In this document: one piece after another, positions 1 to 10,141 of the stretch
Layout: each line of letters opens with the position of its first letter
Position numbering within the stretch: position 1 is the first letter of the stretch
Source: an uncultured Chloroflexia bacterium
GTDB taxonomy: Bacteria > Chloroflexota > Limnocylindria > Limnocylindrales > CSP1-4
NCBI GenBank assembly: GCA_963707215.1
Contig: CAVPPB010000003.1
Span: 1,216,001 to 1,280,000 of the forward strand
Direction: 5' to 3'
Length of the DNA stretch: 64,000 nucleotides
Notes under the pieces: model-generated
What the model was told of the DNA's origin: nothing
The model's database searches: none
What the model saw: only the letters and a program-made list of their open reading frames with translations
Translations under genes and position numbers: made by a program

Positions 1-1158
1 GACCTCGAGACCGATCCGGACTACGTCCGCTTCCTGGCCACCCTCGCGCGCTTCAAGATGATGGAGCAGGGCCCCGATGCGCTGGCTGCCGCCGACCGCG
101 CCCTGGCCCTTGCCGAGCGGCTCGACCTCGTCCCGCTGATCGCCGATCTGCTCACCACCCGCGGGACCGTCCTGACCAACCAGGGCCGCGGGTGGGAGGC
201 CATGGCCTCGATCGAGGGCGGGATGAAGCTGGCGATGGCCAACGGCCTCGCGCGCACGGAGCTGCGGGCCCGGATCAACATCTCCGTCGCCCAGGGCTGG
301 CGGGATCCCATGGCCCAGATGGCCAACGTGCGGACCGGCATCGAGCTCGCCCGTCGGATCGGCCTGCGATTCGAGACGAGCCTGCTGGTCGGCAACGGGT
401 CCGAGATGGCCATCCACGTCGGCGAGTGGGACTGGGCGATCCGCGAGCTGCAGACCGAGATCGAGACGGCTCCCGAGGAGGAGCGCGGTCGCGCGAAGTG
501 GTACCTGATCGGCTACCTGGCCGAACGTGGCGAGGACGTGAGCGAGCTGCTGGCGGAGCTGGAGGCCCTCCATCGGGAGCGCGGCGCCGACGAGGGTGGC
601 TGGGCCAACGCGGAGCGCTACCTTCACGCCTCGGTCTGGGAGCCCCAGGGCCGCTGGGTCGAGACCGCCGACGCCCTCCTCGCCGCGGCTCGAGAGGACG
701 CCTTCAACGCCGCCAGCTCCTGCTGGAACGCGGGCACGGCCGCCATCCTGGCTGGCGATCCCGGTCGGACGCAGGAGGCGATCGCGGGCATGGGTGCGGC
801 CGGGGTCCAGGGCCCGGTCATGCGCCACGCGCTCCGCTCGCTGCAGGCCGGCGAGGCCGCCCTGGGCGGCCGTGCGGACGAGGCCGTCCGGGCGTATCGC
901 GAGGTGCTGGAGGGATACCGAGCGACCGGGCTCCGCCGATCGGAGGCCCTCGTCGGGCTCCTGATGGCAGCGAGCCTCGGGGCGGACCATCCGGCCGTCG
1001 CGGAGCCGCTCGCGGGTGCTCGACGGATCTTCACCGAGCTCCGGGCCCGGGCCTGGCTCGACCGGCTCGACGAGATCGTGGCCCGCGGCTCGGCCGTATC
1101 ATCGAGCCATGGCGTCCCGAACGACCGTGCCGGCCAGCCCAGCCCAGCAGGGCACTGA
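1..1158 (+). CDS. C-terminal TPR-like helical region of a large protein, probably an adenylate/guanylate cyclase-AAA ATPase-TPR regulator (5' end outside window)
   Basis: Frame is open from base 1; Ala/Leu-rich helical repeats ending 'ARRIFTELRARAWLDRLD', typical of the C-terminus of AC-AAA-TPR proteins. Confidence 0.55.
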   Translation, partial: DLETDPDYVRFLATLARFKMMEQGPDALAAADRALALAERLDLVPLIADLLTTRGTVLTNQGRGWEAMASIEGGMKLAMANGLARTELRARINISVAQGWRDPMAQMANVRTGIELARRIGLRFETSLLVGNGSEMAIHVGEWDWAIRELQTEIETAPEEERGRAKWYLIGYLAERGEDVSELLAELEALHRERGADEGGWANAERYLHASVWEPQGRWVETADALLAAAREDAFNAASSCWNAGTAAILAGDPGRTQEAIAGMGAAGVQGPVMRHALRSLQAGEAALGGRADEAVRAYREVLEGYRATGLRRSEALVGLLMAASLGADHPAVAEPLAGARRIFTELRARAWLDRLDEIVARGSAVSSSHGVPNDRAGQPSPAGH

Positions 1159-2203
1159 CTCGGCACCGCTCCGCCTGACCGAGCTGACCGACTGCGGCGG
1201 CTGCGCCGCCAAGCTCGGGGCCGACCTGCTGGCAGAGGCGCTGGCCGGCCTTGGGGCGAGTGCGCCTGCGGCGCCCCCAGAGCTCATCGCGGGCCTCACG
1301 CCGCCCGACGACGCGGCTGCGTACCGGATCTCGGACGACCTCGCCGTCATCGGGACGCTCGACTTCTTCCCGCCCCTCGTCGACGATCCCTGGGCGTTCG
1401 GGGCGATCGCCGCCGCGAACGCGACCTCGGACGTCTTCGCGATGGGCGGTCGGGTCCTGTTCGCCCTCTCGATCGCGGCCTTCCCCGAGGCGCTGCCCCG
1501 GGAGACGATGGCGGCCATCCTGGACGGGGCCGCCACGACCGTGCGGGAGGCCGGCGGCACCCTCGCCGGCGGCCACACGATCCGTGACCCCGAGCCCAAG
1601 TACGGGCTGGCCGTCATCGGTGTCGGCCACCCGGACCGGCTGTTCAGGAAGGGCGGCGCCCGGCCGGGCGATCGCCTCCTGCTGACCAAGCCGCTGGGGA
1701 CCGGCCTCCTCGTGTCCGGGCAGCGGCAGGGCCTTGCCTCCGAGGAGGACCTGGCCGAGGCCATCACCTCCATGCGGGCCCTCAACCGGGCGGCGTCGGA
1801 GGTCCTCGCGCAGCACGGGATCCGTGGCGCGACCGACGTCACGGGCTTCGGCCTGTTGGGCCATGCAGGGGAGATGGCCCGCGCGTCGCGGTGCCGGTTC
1901 GTCTTCGAGGCGGCCGCCCTGCCGGCGCTGCCGGGCTCGATGGGCGTGGCCCAGGCTGGGCTCGAGACGGACGGGGCCGGCCACAACCGCCGCTCGATCG
2001 CCGATCTGCTGACCACGGGCGACCACGTCGAGGCCGCCGCGGTCGCCCTCGCGGTCGACCCCCAGACGTCCGGCGGACTGCTGGCGGCGGTCCCCGAGGC
2101 GGACCTGCCTGCCGTGGCGGAGGCCCTCGCCGCGGTCGGCGTCGAGGCTTCCATGGTCGGGTCGGTGGAGCAGTCCGAGCGGGCCGCGATCCTGCTTCGC
2201 TGA
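1109..2203 (+). CDS. selD: Selenide, water dikinase (selenophosphate synthetase), Cys form
   Basis: Motifs RLTELTDCGGCAAKLG, DDAAAY, TLDFFPPLVDDP, GGHT, TDVTGFGLLGH and DPQTSGGLL; start codon uncertain. Confidence 0.95.
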   Translation: MASRTTVPASPAQQGTDSAPLRLTELTDCGGCAAKLGADLLAEALAGLGASAPAAPPELIAGLTPPDDAAAYRISDDLAVIGTLDFFPPLVDDPWAFGAIAAANATSDVFAMGGRVLFALSIAAFPEALPRETMAAILDGAATTVREAGGTLAGGHTIRDPEPKYGLAVIGVGHPDRLFRKGGARPGDRLLLTKPLGTGLLVSGQRQGLASEEDLAEAITSMRALNRAASEVLAQHGIRGATDVTGFGLLGHAGEMARASRCRFVFEAAALPALPGSMGVAQAGLETDGAGHNRRSIADLLTTGDHVEAAAVALAVDPQTSGGLLAAVPEADLPAVAEALAAVGVEASMVGSVEQSERAAILLR

Positions 2204-2366
2204 GCCTGCGCGGCCGGCAGGCCGGGGGGCCGGCAGGCCGGCGGGCCGGCGGCCGGCATGGCGGGGCCGCCCCGGGCATCTCGTCGATCGGCGTCGCCGT
2301 CCGTCCGTCGTGCCGCTCCCGCTGTCATGCCCAGCCGGGCATCCGAGGGAGCGATGCACCGATGGA

Positions 2367-2946
2367 GCCCAGTCAAGTCTGGGCATGGCCGCATGGAACG
2401 GCGGGTTCTGGTCTGCCCATCGACGCGGCCCGGATCGGCCTGGCGCTCGCCCGGTACGTGCCCGCGACGCGCCAGGGAAGTCCCGGTCGACGCGCGGTGA
2501 AGCCCGTCGTGGTGACATCGCCGAGATGCCCTACCGCACCGTTGACGATCCCGACCTCGACGACCTGCTGATCCACTTCGGCGAGGCGGTGCGGCAAGCG
2601 CGCCTCGAGGCGGGCCTCAGCCAGGAATGGCTCGAGCGGCGCACCGGCGTCGACCAGACGGCGATCTCGCGGCTCGAGCGGGGACGGGCCGCGCGAATCC
2701 CACTCGCCCGTGTCCTGGTCCTCGCCGAGGCCCTGGGTGGGCTCCTGCCCATCGGCCAGTGCCCGCACGACCATCGATGCCGGTGGCGCGATGGCGGGGT
2801 GCGCCGGCGGGAGCTCGAGGCGACGGAGCGAGACAGGTGGGTCGCCTCGGTGCTCGAGGAGACCCAGCGCTGAGGCGGTGCCCGAAGTCGGTGACCACGG
2901 GCGACGACGGAGGTCAGTATGCAACGATGCCCAGACCCGACTGGGC
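2367..2946. repeat. 28-bp imperfect inverted repeats (2367-2394 and 2919-2946) bracketing an XRE-HTH gene
   Basis: gcccagtcaagtctgggcatggccgcat matches the reverse complement of atgcaacgatgcccagacccgactgggc at 23/28; each copy contains the palindrome GCCCAG-N6-CTGGGC. Confidence 0.6.
2526..2873 (+). CDS. XRE-family helix-turn-helix protein
   Basis: FGEAVRQARLEAGLSQEWLERRTGVDQTAISRLERG is an HTH_3 pattern. Confidence 0.85.
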   Translation: MPYRTVDDPDLDDLLIHFGEAVRQARLEAGLSQEWLERRTGVDQTAISRLERGRAARIPLARVLVLAEALGGLLPIGQCPHDHRCRWRDGGVRRRELEATERDRWVASVLEETQR

Positions 2947-2968
2947 AGATGCAGGAGTCTCCCGCGCG

Positions 2969-4486
2969 CTACGCCCCTGGGGGCGTGGAGGGCGCCCAGG
3001 CGCCGGCCACCGGGTCTCCCGCGACCGAAGCCATCCCCATTCCCGATCCGATCCCGGACGCCGGCACGCCCGCGGATGGCGCTGCCCCCTCGAGTGGCGG
3101 CCATTCCGCGGCTCCAGCGATCGCCTCGATCGTCTCTGCTGCCGCCAGCACGAGCCCGTCCCGCCCCCGCAGGCCCTGGACCTGCAGCCCGATCGGCAGG
3201 CCGTCGTCGCCGAGGCCGATCGGCAGCGACGCCGCCGGGTAGCCGCAGAGGTTGGCGTCGTAGAGGAACGGCGCCCAGTCCATCCAGAGCGGCGAGACCT
3301 CCTCGCCCCCGATCGCCAGCGGATGGGTCGTCCCATGGGGGAACGCCTCGAGGCCGAGCGAGGGGGTCAACAGGAGCTCGGCCCCGGTCCGCGCGTACAT
3401 GGCAACGTAGTGGCGGTGGATGTGGTCGCGCTGCCACTGCTCCCGGATGTACTCCTCGGCGCTCACCCGGGCCCCGAAGTGCATGAAGTGGGCCGCCCGG
3501 TCCGTCATCAGCTCGAGCTGCGCGTCGTACTGGTGGGCCTCCGCGTAGCGGGCTTCCGAGGCGGCGATCGTGGCCCAGGCCCGGACCGACGATGGCAGTC
3601 CAGGGGCATCCTCGATGACCTCCACGCCGGCCGCCCGGAGTCGGGCGATGGCCTCGCGGAAGACCCGCCGGACGTCGTCGTCAAGGTGGGCGAAGCCGAG
3701 GTCCTCGGATGCCACGACCCGCAGGCCGGTCGACTCCGGCGCCCGCGCGTCCAGATCCGGGACCGTGATGCTGTAGCGATCGCGCCGGTCGGGTCCGGCG
3801 ACGACTCCGAGCATCAGCCGCGCGTCGGCCACCGTCCGGGCCATCGGCCCGATCGAGACGAGCGTCTTCCACGCGTCCGAGCAGGGCTCCCGGGGCACCG
3901 CCCCGAACGAGGGCTTGAAGCCGACGATCCCGCAGAACGCCGCGGGGATCCGGATCGATCCGCCCCCGTCCCCGCCCAGCGACAGAGGGCCCATGCCGGC
4001 GGCCACCGCCGCACCGGCCCCGCCCGAGGACCCGCCTGGGACCCGCGACGGGTCCCAGGGGTTCGAGGTCCGCCCGTGGACCGGCGATTCACAGATGCCC
4101 GTGTAGCAGAACTCCGGGACCGCGGTCTTGGCGAAGATCACGGCACCGGCCGCCTCCAGGCGCTCGAGGGCGACGGTCGTCTCGTGGGGCACGAAGCCCT
4201 GCATCGTCAGCGATCCGTAGGCGCTCTCCACGCCGGCCAGCCACTGGGAATCCTTGGCGGTGACCGGCACGCCGGTGAGTGGCCCACCCTCGCCCCGGGC
4301 CAGCACCTCGTCCGCCCGCCGGGCCGCCGCATACGCCCGCTCGTCGAGCCGGACGCTGAAGGGGTTCACCGCCGGACCGAGGGCGTCGGACCGCGCCAAG
4401 GCCGACTCGAGCGCCTCGACGGCCGAGACCTCCCGGCGCCGCAGGAGCGCGCCAAGCTCCTGCGCGGTCAGCTGCCAGAGCTCCAT
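2969..4486 (-). CDS. Amidase signature family protein
   Basis: GVPVTAKD, GGSSGG and LGGDGGGSIRIPAAFCG motifs. Confidence 0.93.
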   Translation of the reverse strand: MELWQLTAQELGALLRRREVSAVEALESALARSDALGPAVNPFSVRLDERAYAAARRADEVLARGEGGPLTGVPVTAKDSQWLAGVESAYGSLTMQGFVPHETTVALERLEAAGAVIFAKTAVPEFCYTGICESPVHGRTSNPWDPSRVPGGSSGGAGAAVAAGMGPLSLGGDGGGSIRIPAAFCGIVGFKPSFGAVPREPCSDAWKTLVSIGPMARTVADARLMLGVVAGPDRRDRYSITVPDLDARAPESTGLRVVASEDLGFAHLDDDVRRVFREAIARLRAAGVEVIEDAPGLPSSVRAWATIAASEARYAEAHQYDAQLELMTDRAAHFMHFGARVSAEEYIREQWQRDHIHRHYVAMYARTGAELLLTPSLGLEAFPHGTTHPLAIGGEEVSPLWMDWAPFLYDANLCGYPAASLPIGLGDDGLPIGLQVQGLRGRDGLVLAAAETIEAIAGAAEWPPLEGAAPSAGVPASGIGSGMGMASVAGDPVAGAWAPSTPPGA

Positions 4487-4590
4487 CGGAGGGGAGTGTA
4501 GATGGCCCAGAGGTCGTCCCGCGCGGCGCGCGATGGCCGCGCTACACTCGGGCGGTGGCGCAGCCAGTGCCACCATGCAGGTGGGAGCCG

Positions 4591-6507
4591 ATGGGCAAGG
4601 CCTACACCCGACTCACCCATCCGCTCGTTCGCGAAGGCGACCGACACACCGGGACCCTCCGGCGAGCGAGCTGGGACGAGGCCCTCGACCGGGCCGCCGC
4701 CGGCCTCGGGGCCGCGGTCGACCGGCACGGGCCCACGACGTTCGGGCTCTTCAGCTGCTCGAAGGCGACCAACGAGCTGAACTACGCCACGCAGAAGTTC
4801 GCTCGGGTCGCGATCGGCAGCAACAACATCGACAGCTGCAACCGCACCTGACACGCCCCTTCCGTCGCCGGTCTGGCGACCGTGTTCGGTGCTGGTGGGG
4901 GGACCAGCTCATACCGTGAGGTCGAGGAGACCGACCTGGTCGTCCTCTGGGGCAGCAACGCCCGCGAGACGCACCCGATCTTCTTCCACCACGTCCTGAA
5001 GGCGGTCCGGCGGGGCGCGATGCTCATCACGGTCGATCCCCGGCGGACGGCCTCGGCCGAGTGGGCCGACCTCTGGCTCGGCCTCGACGTCGGCTCGGAC
5101 ATCGCGCTCGCCAGTGCCGTGGGGCGGGAGATCATCGCCGCCGGGCTCGTCCACGAGGCGTTCGTCGAGCGAGCGACCGTCGGCTTCGAGGCCTACCGCG
5201 CCCACGTCGACCCCTGGACCCTGGAGCGCGCCGAACAGGCGACCGGGGTCCCCGCCGACGCCATCCGCGAGCTCGCCCACGCCTACGCAACGGCGCCGCG
5301 GGCGATGCTCTGCTGGACCCTCGGCATCACCGAGCACCACACCGGCGTCGACAACGTCCTGTCGCTGATCGACCTCGCCCTGCTGACCGGTCACGTCGGC
5401 CGCTACGGCTCGGGGCTCAATCCGCTCCGCGGCCAGAACAACGTCCAGGGCGGCGGTGACATGGGCGCCCTGCCCGACCGCCTGCCGGGCTTCCAGCACG
5501 TCGAAGAGGACGACCTGCGGGCGAAGTTCGACGCGGCCTGGGGGGTCGCCGTCCCGCCGGCCCGCGGCTGGCACCTGACCGGGATGTTCGACGCGATGGA
5601 GCGCGGCGACCTGACCGCCCTCTACGTCGTCGGCGAGAACCCGCTCCAGTCGGAGGCGGACCGCCACCGCACGGAGCGGCTCCTCCGGGGTCTCGACACG
5701 CTCATCGTCCAGGACATCGTCCTGACGAAGACGGCCGAGATCGCGGACGTCGTCCTGCCATCCGCAGCCGGCTGGGCCGAGACCGACGGGACGGTCACCA
5801 ACTCAGAGCGCCGGGTCCAGCGGGTCCGCAAGGCCATGGATCCGCCCGGCGAGGCCCGCGACGACCTCTGGATCGTCTACGAGCTGGCCCGCCGGCTCGG
5901 GTACGACCTCGGGGAGCCCGTCGCGGAGCGGATCTGGGACGAGCTCCGCACGCTCTCGCCGATGCACGCCGGGATGAGCTATGCCCGCCTGGAGGCCCTC
6001 TCTGGCATCCAGTGGCCCTGCTGGGACGACGAGCATCCCGGCGAGCTGTTCCTCCACGCCCGGCTGTGGGAGGACCCGATCGTCGGCTCACCCGCCCCGT
6101 TCACCTGCGTCGACCACGCCCCACCGGTCGACGCCCTCGACGACGCGTTCCCGGTGCGCCTCACCACGGGTCGGCGCCTGGACAGCTACAACACGGGCGT
6201 CCAGACGGCCGGCTACCGTTCGCCCCTCCGCCGCGGCGAGACCCTCGACGTCAGCCCGGAAGACGCCGAGGAGCTGGACCTTGTGGAGGGCGAGGTCGTC
6301 CGGGTCACATCGCGCCGCGGAGCGGTCGAGGTCCCGGTCCGCATCGACCCGTCGCTGCGACCCGGCCTCACGTTCATGACCCTCCACTTCCAGGACGACG
6401 TGGCGACGAACCTGCTGACGATCGACGCCACGGATCCGAAGTCCGGGACCGCCGAGTTCAAGGCGACGGCCGTCCGGATCGAGAAGCTCCCGGCCGTGGT
6501 CGGCTGA
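4591..6507 (+). CDS. fdhF: Selenocysteine-containing formate dehydrogenase catalytic subunit lacking the N-terminal Fe-S domain (in-frame TGA = Sec at 4849-4851)
   Basis: ORFs 4555-4851 and 4882-6507 share a frame: NNIDSCNRT-TGA-HAPSVAGL; also [14 protein letters not shown] and a C-terminal molydopterin-binding domain; SECIS follows the TGA. Confidence 0.92.
4864..4880 (+). promoter_or_regulatory. Bacterial SECIS element
   Basis: GTCGCC-GGTCT-GGCGAC hairpin 12 nt after the TGA, with a GGUCUG apex like the E. coli fdhF SECIS. Confidence 0.85.
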
Positions 6508-6534
6508 GCCCGCCAGGGTCGCGGCCACCTCGGG

Positions 6535-7110
6535 CTAGCTCGTCGCGGTGCCCCGCTCGCCCTGCACCCCGCGGAGCGCCTCGATCATCCCGAGGTGTCG
6601 GGCGGCGTGCTGGAGCTGGCCGCTGATCGTCGTGGCGAACACCTCCTCCCGCCCCTGCAGCCCCACCACGGTCCGGCCCACCATCTCGTCGTCGACCGCG
6701 TCGAGGACCTCCTCCGCGGCCGCGAACGCCGACACGGCATAGCCCCGGATCGCCGCGCGATCCGGGAGCGCGATCCGCCCCGCATCGTCGTCCGCGAGAC
6801 CCATCGCGTTCTGCTCCTCACCGAGGGCCGTCGGATCGAGGCCCCAGCTGGTCGCGACCTCGTCGGCCACCCAGCGCTCATGGCGGGTGCCCAGCCGCCT
6901 CTCGAGCTCGGGCAGCAGGGTCGGGACGCGTGCGCCGAAGCGATCGGCCAGCCGCGCCGCATGCCAGACGTGGAAGGCGACCGACGGGGCGGTCGGGGCG
7001 AGGCGCTCGAAGAGATGCGCCTCCTCCGTCGAGTCGAGGACCTTGAGCAGCCGCTCGTACGTCCGGTGCACCTGGTCGGCCAGACCGGCCGCGACCTCTC
7101 GACCTGCCAT
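6535..7110 (-). CDS. DinB-family protein
   Basis: SVAFHVWHAAR and HAARHLGMIEALRG histidine motifs; AAGGAG RBS before the ATG at 7110. Confidence 0.85.
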   Translation of the reverse strand: MAGREVAAGLADQVHRTYERLLKVLDSTEEAHLFERLAPTAPSVAFHVWHAARLADRFGARVPTLLPELERRLGTRHERWVADEVATSWGLDPTALGEEQNAMGLADDDAGRIALPDRAAIRGYAVSAFAAAEEVLDAVDDEMVGRTVVGLQGREEVFATTISGQLQHAARHLGMIEALRGVQGERGTATS

Positions 7111-7205
7111 GTTCGTACTCCTTCCATCGCCGTCCTGGGACACCGATTCTGGCACGACGAGGATGCTCTGCCCGGGCCCACACCCCATCTGGCTACACTG
7201 CCGCG

Positions 7206-9131
7206 ATGGACCTCCACGTCATCGGGCCCCGCGCCACGCCGGCGGAACGGGAGACGATCGACGGCTTCCTCGACCCGCGCATCGGGCCCGCTCGGGGAGG
7301 CTGGGATGGCGGGCCGCGCGACGTGGCTGCCGATGGCCGGGTCGCCCGTGGCGGCCACGCCGCCCGATCGCACCGGCACCTCCTCCTGCCGACGCTCGAA
7401 GCGGTCCAGGCCCGGATCGGCTGGATCAGCCAGGGGGCGCTCAGCCACGTCTGCCGGCGCCTGACCGTCCCACCAGCCGAGGCGTACGGCGTCGCGACGT
7501 TCTACGCCCTGCTCGCGACGACCCCGACCCCGCCGGTCGTCGCCCACGTCTGCGACGACATCTCGTGCCGCCTGGCCGGCTCCGAGCGGTTCTGCTCCGA
7601 GCTGGAGACCGCCCTCGGCCCGGCCAGCGAGCCTGCCCTCGACGGCCGGGTCACCTGGGTGCGCGCTCCCTGCCTGGGGCGCTGCGAGCGCGGTCCGGTG
7701 GCCCTGTTCACCGTCGCAGGGGAGGCGCCCGAGACGATCGCCACGGCGCCGGCCCACGCCGGCGAGGTCGTCGAGCACCTCGAGCGGGCCGCAGCCGGCG
7801 GCACCCTCCTGCCCCCGGCGCACCCGATCGTCCCCGACGCGACCCACCTGGCCCACGTCCGCCGTTCCATCCCCCAGGCCGGATCGCCCGGCTTGCGGGT
7901 GCTCCGCCGGGCCGGGGTCACCGATCCGACGAAGCTGGACGACTACCTCGCGACCGGCGGCTACCGCGGCCTGAGACGGGCGCTGGAGATCGGCCCGGCA
8001 GCGGTCATCGACGAGATCACCGCCTCCGGCCTGCTGGGCCGGGGCGGAGCCGCCTTCCCGACCGGCCGCAAGTGGGCCGCGGTGGCGGCCCAGCCGGCCC
8101 GCCCGCACTACACGGTCTGCAATGCCGACGAATCGGAGCCGGGCACGTTCAAGGACCGCGTGCTCATGGAGGAGGATCCGTTCGCCATCGTCGAGGCGAT
8201 GACGATCGAGGGCATCGCCACCGGCAGCGAGCTGGGCTTCCTCTACCTGCGCGCCGAGTACCCGCTCTCGGCCGCCCGGATGTCGAATGCCCTCGAGGTC
8301 GCCCGATCGGCGGGCTATCTCGGTGAGGACATCCTGGGCTCCGGGTCCTCCTTCGATATCGAGCTCCGCCGTGGCGCCGGCGCCTACATCTGCGGCGAGG
8401 AGACCGCCCTCCTCGAGTCGCTCGAGGGGCGCCGCGGGGAGCCCCGCAACAAGCCGCCGTTCCCGGTCGAGGTCGGTCTGTTCGGCAAGCCGACTGCCAT
8501 CAACAACATCGAGACGCTGGTCAACGTGCCGGCGATCGTGGCCGAGGGCGGGGCGGCCTTCGCCGCCATCGGCACGTCGGGGAGCACCGGCCCGAAGCTC
8601 TTCTGCCTCTCCGGAGCGGTCGAGCGCCCGGGCGTCTACGAGGTCGAGTTCGGGGCCACCCTGGGCGAGCTGCTGGACCTGGCCGGCGGAGTGGCCGGGG
8701 GGCGGTCCCTCCAGGCCATCCTGCTCGGTGGCTCCGCCGGCACGTTCGTGGGACCGGACGCCCTGGACCTGCCGCTCACGTTCGAGGCGACCCGGACCGC
8801 CGGCGCGACCCTGGGCTCCGGCGTCGTCATGGTCTTCGACGAGACCGCCGACCTGGCCGATGCCCTGCTCCGGATCGCGGCCTTCTTCCGGGACGAGTCG
8901 TGTGGCCAGTGCGTGCCCTGCCGGATCGGCACGGTCCGCCAGGAGGAGCTCGTCGCGCGACTGGCCGGCGGTCGGCCGAACGGGTCGATCGGGGACGAGC
9001 TGGCCCTCCTGGCCGACCTTGGGCAGGGCATGCGGGACGCCAGCATCTGCGGCCTGGGCCAGGCGGCCACGATGGCGGTCGAATCGGCCGTCCGGGCCGG
9101 GCTGGTGTCGTTCGATGGGACGGGCCGATGA
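7206..9131 (+). CDS. Fused NuoE/NuoF-like NAD(H)-binding diaphorase subunit of formate dehydrogenase
   Basis: VATFY, C..C..CLGRC 2Fe-2S motif, GRGGAAFPTG, NADESEPGTFKD, GAYICGEET and ESCGQCVPCR. Confidence 0.92.
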   Translation: MDLHVIGPRATPAERETIDGFLDPRIGPARGGWDGGPRDVAADGRVARGGHAARSHRHLLLPTLEAVQARIGWISQGALSHVCRRLTVPPAEAYGVATFYALLATTPTPPVVAHVCDDISCRLAGSERFCSELETALGPASEPALDGRVTWVRAPCLGRCERGPVALFTVAGEAPETIATAPAHAGEVVEHLERAAAGGTLLPPAHPIVPDATHLAHVRRSIPQAGSPGLRVLRRAGVTDPTKLDDYLATGGYRGLRRALEIGPAAVIDEITASGLLGRGGAAFPTGRKWAAVAAQPARPHYTVCNADESEPGTFKDRVLMEEDPFAIVEAMTIEGIATGSELGFLYLRAEYPLSAARMSNALEVARSAGYLGEDILGSGSSFDIELRRGAGAYICGEETALLESLEGRRGEPRNKPPFPVEVGLFGKPTAINNIETLVNVPAIVAEGGAAFAAIGTSGSTGPKLFCLSGAVERPGVYEVEFGATLGELLDLAGGVAGGRSLQAILLGGSAGTFVGPDALDLPLTFEATRTAGATLGSGVVMVFDETADLADALLRIAAFFRDESCGQCVPCRIGTVRQEELVARLAGGRPNGSIGDELALLADLGQGMRDASICGLGQAATMAVESAVRAGLVSFDGTGR

Positions 9132-10127
9132 GCGCCGAGATCGAGCGGATCCCCTTCGTGCCCCCGGCCCGGCCGTCGGGGGTGCCGAGCGCCCCGGAGA
9201 TCCCGGCCCCGCCGGCGGTCGAGCTCTCCCTCGACGGGCGGCCGGTCAGCGTCCCTGCCGGATCGACGATCCTCGACGCCTGCCGGTCCGAGGGGATCGA
9301 CGTCCCGACCCTCTGCTTCCTGGAGACCCTCACGCCGGTCAACGCGTGCCGGGTCTGCGTCGTCGAGGTGGCGGGCAGCCGGGTCCTCGCCCCGGCCTGC
9401 TCGCGGCGGGTCGAGCCGGGCATGGAGGTGCTCAGCCGGGTCGGAGCGGGTCCGCCACAGCCGCCGCCTCGTGCTCGAGCTCCTCGGCTCGTCGGTCGAC
9501 CTCTCGACGGCCCCCGGGCGTGGCCGAGATGATGGCCGAGTACGGTGCCGACCCCGCCCGCTTCGGGCCGCCGGGCTCGACCGCCGGAGCCGGCGAGCGC
9601 GATGGCCGACCGACCGGCCATCACCACCTCCCGGACGGCGCGACGGCCGAGACGGTCGGCCCAGCCGGTCAAGGTCGACAACGACCTCTACGTCCGCGAC
9701 TACGCCAAGTGCATCCTCTGCTACAAGTGCGTCGAGGCCTGCGGGGACGACGCCCAGAACACCTTCGCCATCGCGGTCGCCGGACGCGGCTTCGACGCGC
9801 GCATCTCGACCGAGCACGACGTGCCGCTGCCGTCCTCGGCCTGCGTCTACTGCGGCAACTGCATCGGGGTCTGCCCGACCGGGGCGCTGATGTTCCGCTC
9901 CGAGCACGAGATGCGCGCTGCCGGCACCTGGGACGAGGCCGCCCAGACGCGGACCGACACGATCTGCCCGTACTGCGGCGTCGGCTGCACGCTGACCCTC
10001 CACGTCCAGGACGAGCGGATCGTCAAGGTCACCTCGCCCACGGACTCGTCGGTGACCGAGGGGCACCTCTGCATCAAGGGCCGCTTCGGGTTCGGTCTTC
10101 GTCCAGGAGCGCCCGGCCGGCGAGTAG
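9128..10127 (+). CDS. 2Fe-2S/4Fe-4S subunit of formate dehydrogenase (NuoG N-terminal-like, ending in the Molybdop_Fe4S4 domain); several 1-bp frameshifts
   Basis: ATG overlaps the upstream stop; VPTLC..CRVCVVE, CILCYKCVEAC, CVYCGNCIGVCP and [10 protein letters not shown]...LCIKGRFG lie in different frames. Confidence 0.85.
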
Positions 10128-10141
10128 CTCTCGGCGTTCCG

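Noticed and set aside
1184-1213. Possible selenocysteine in SelD
   Set aside because: The active site reads CGGCAAK with TGC codons; there is no in-frame TGA
2204-2260. GCCGGC-rich tandem repeats after selD
   Set aside because: Low-complexity GC sequence without spacers; not CRISPR
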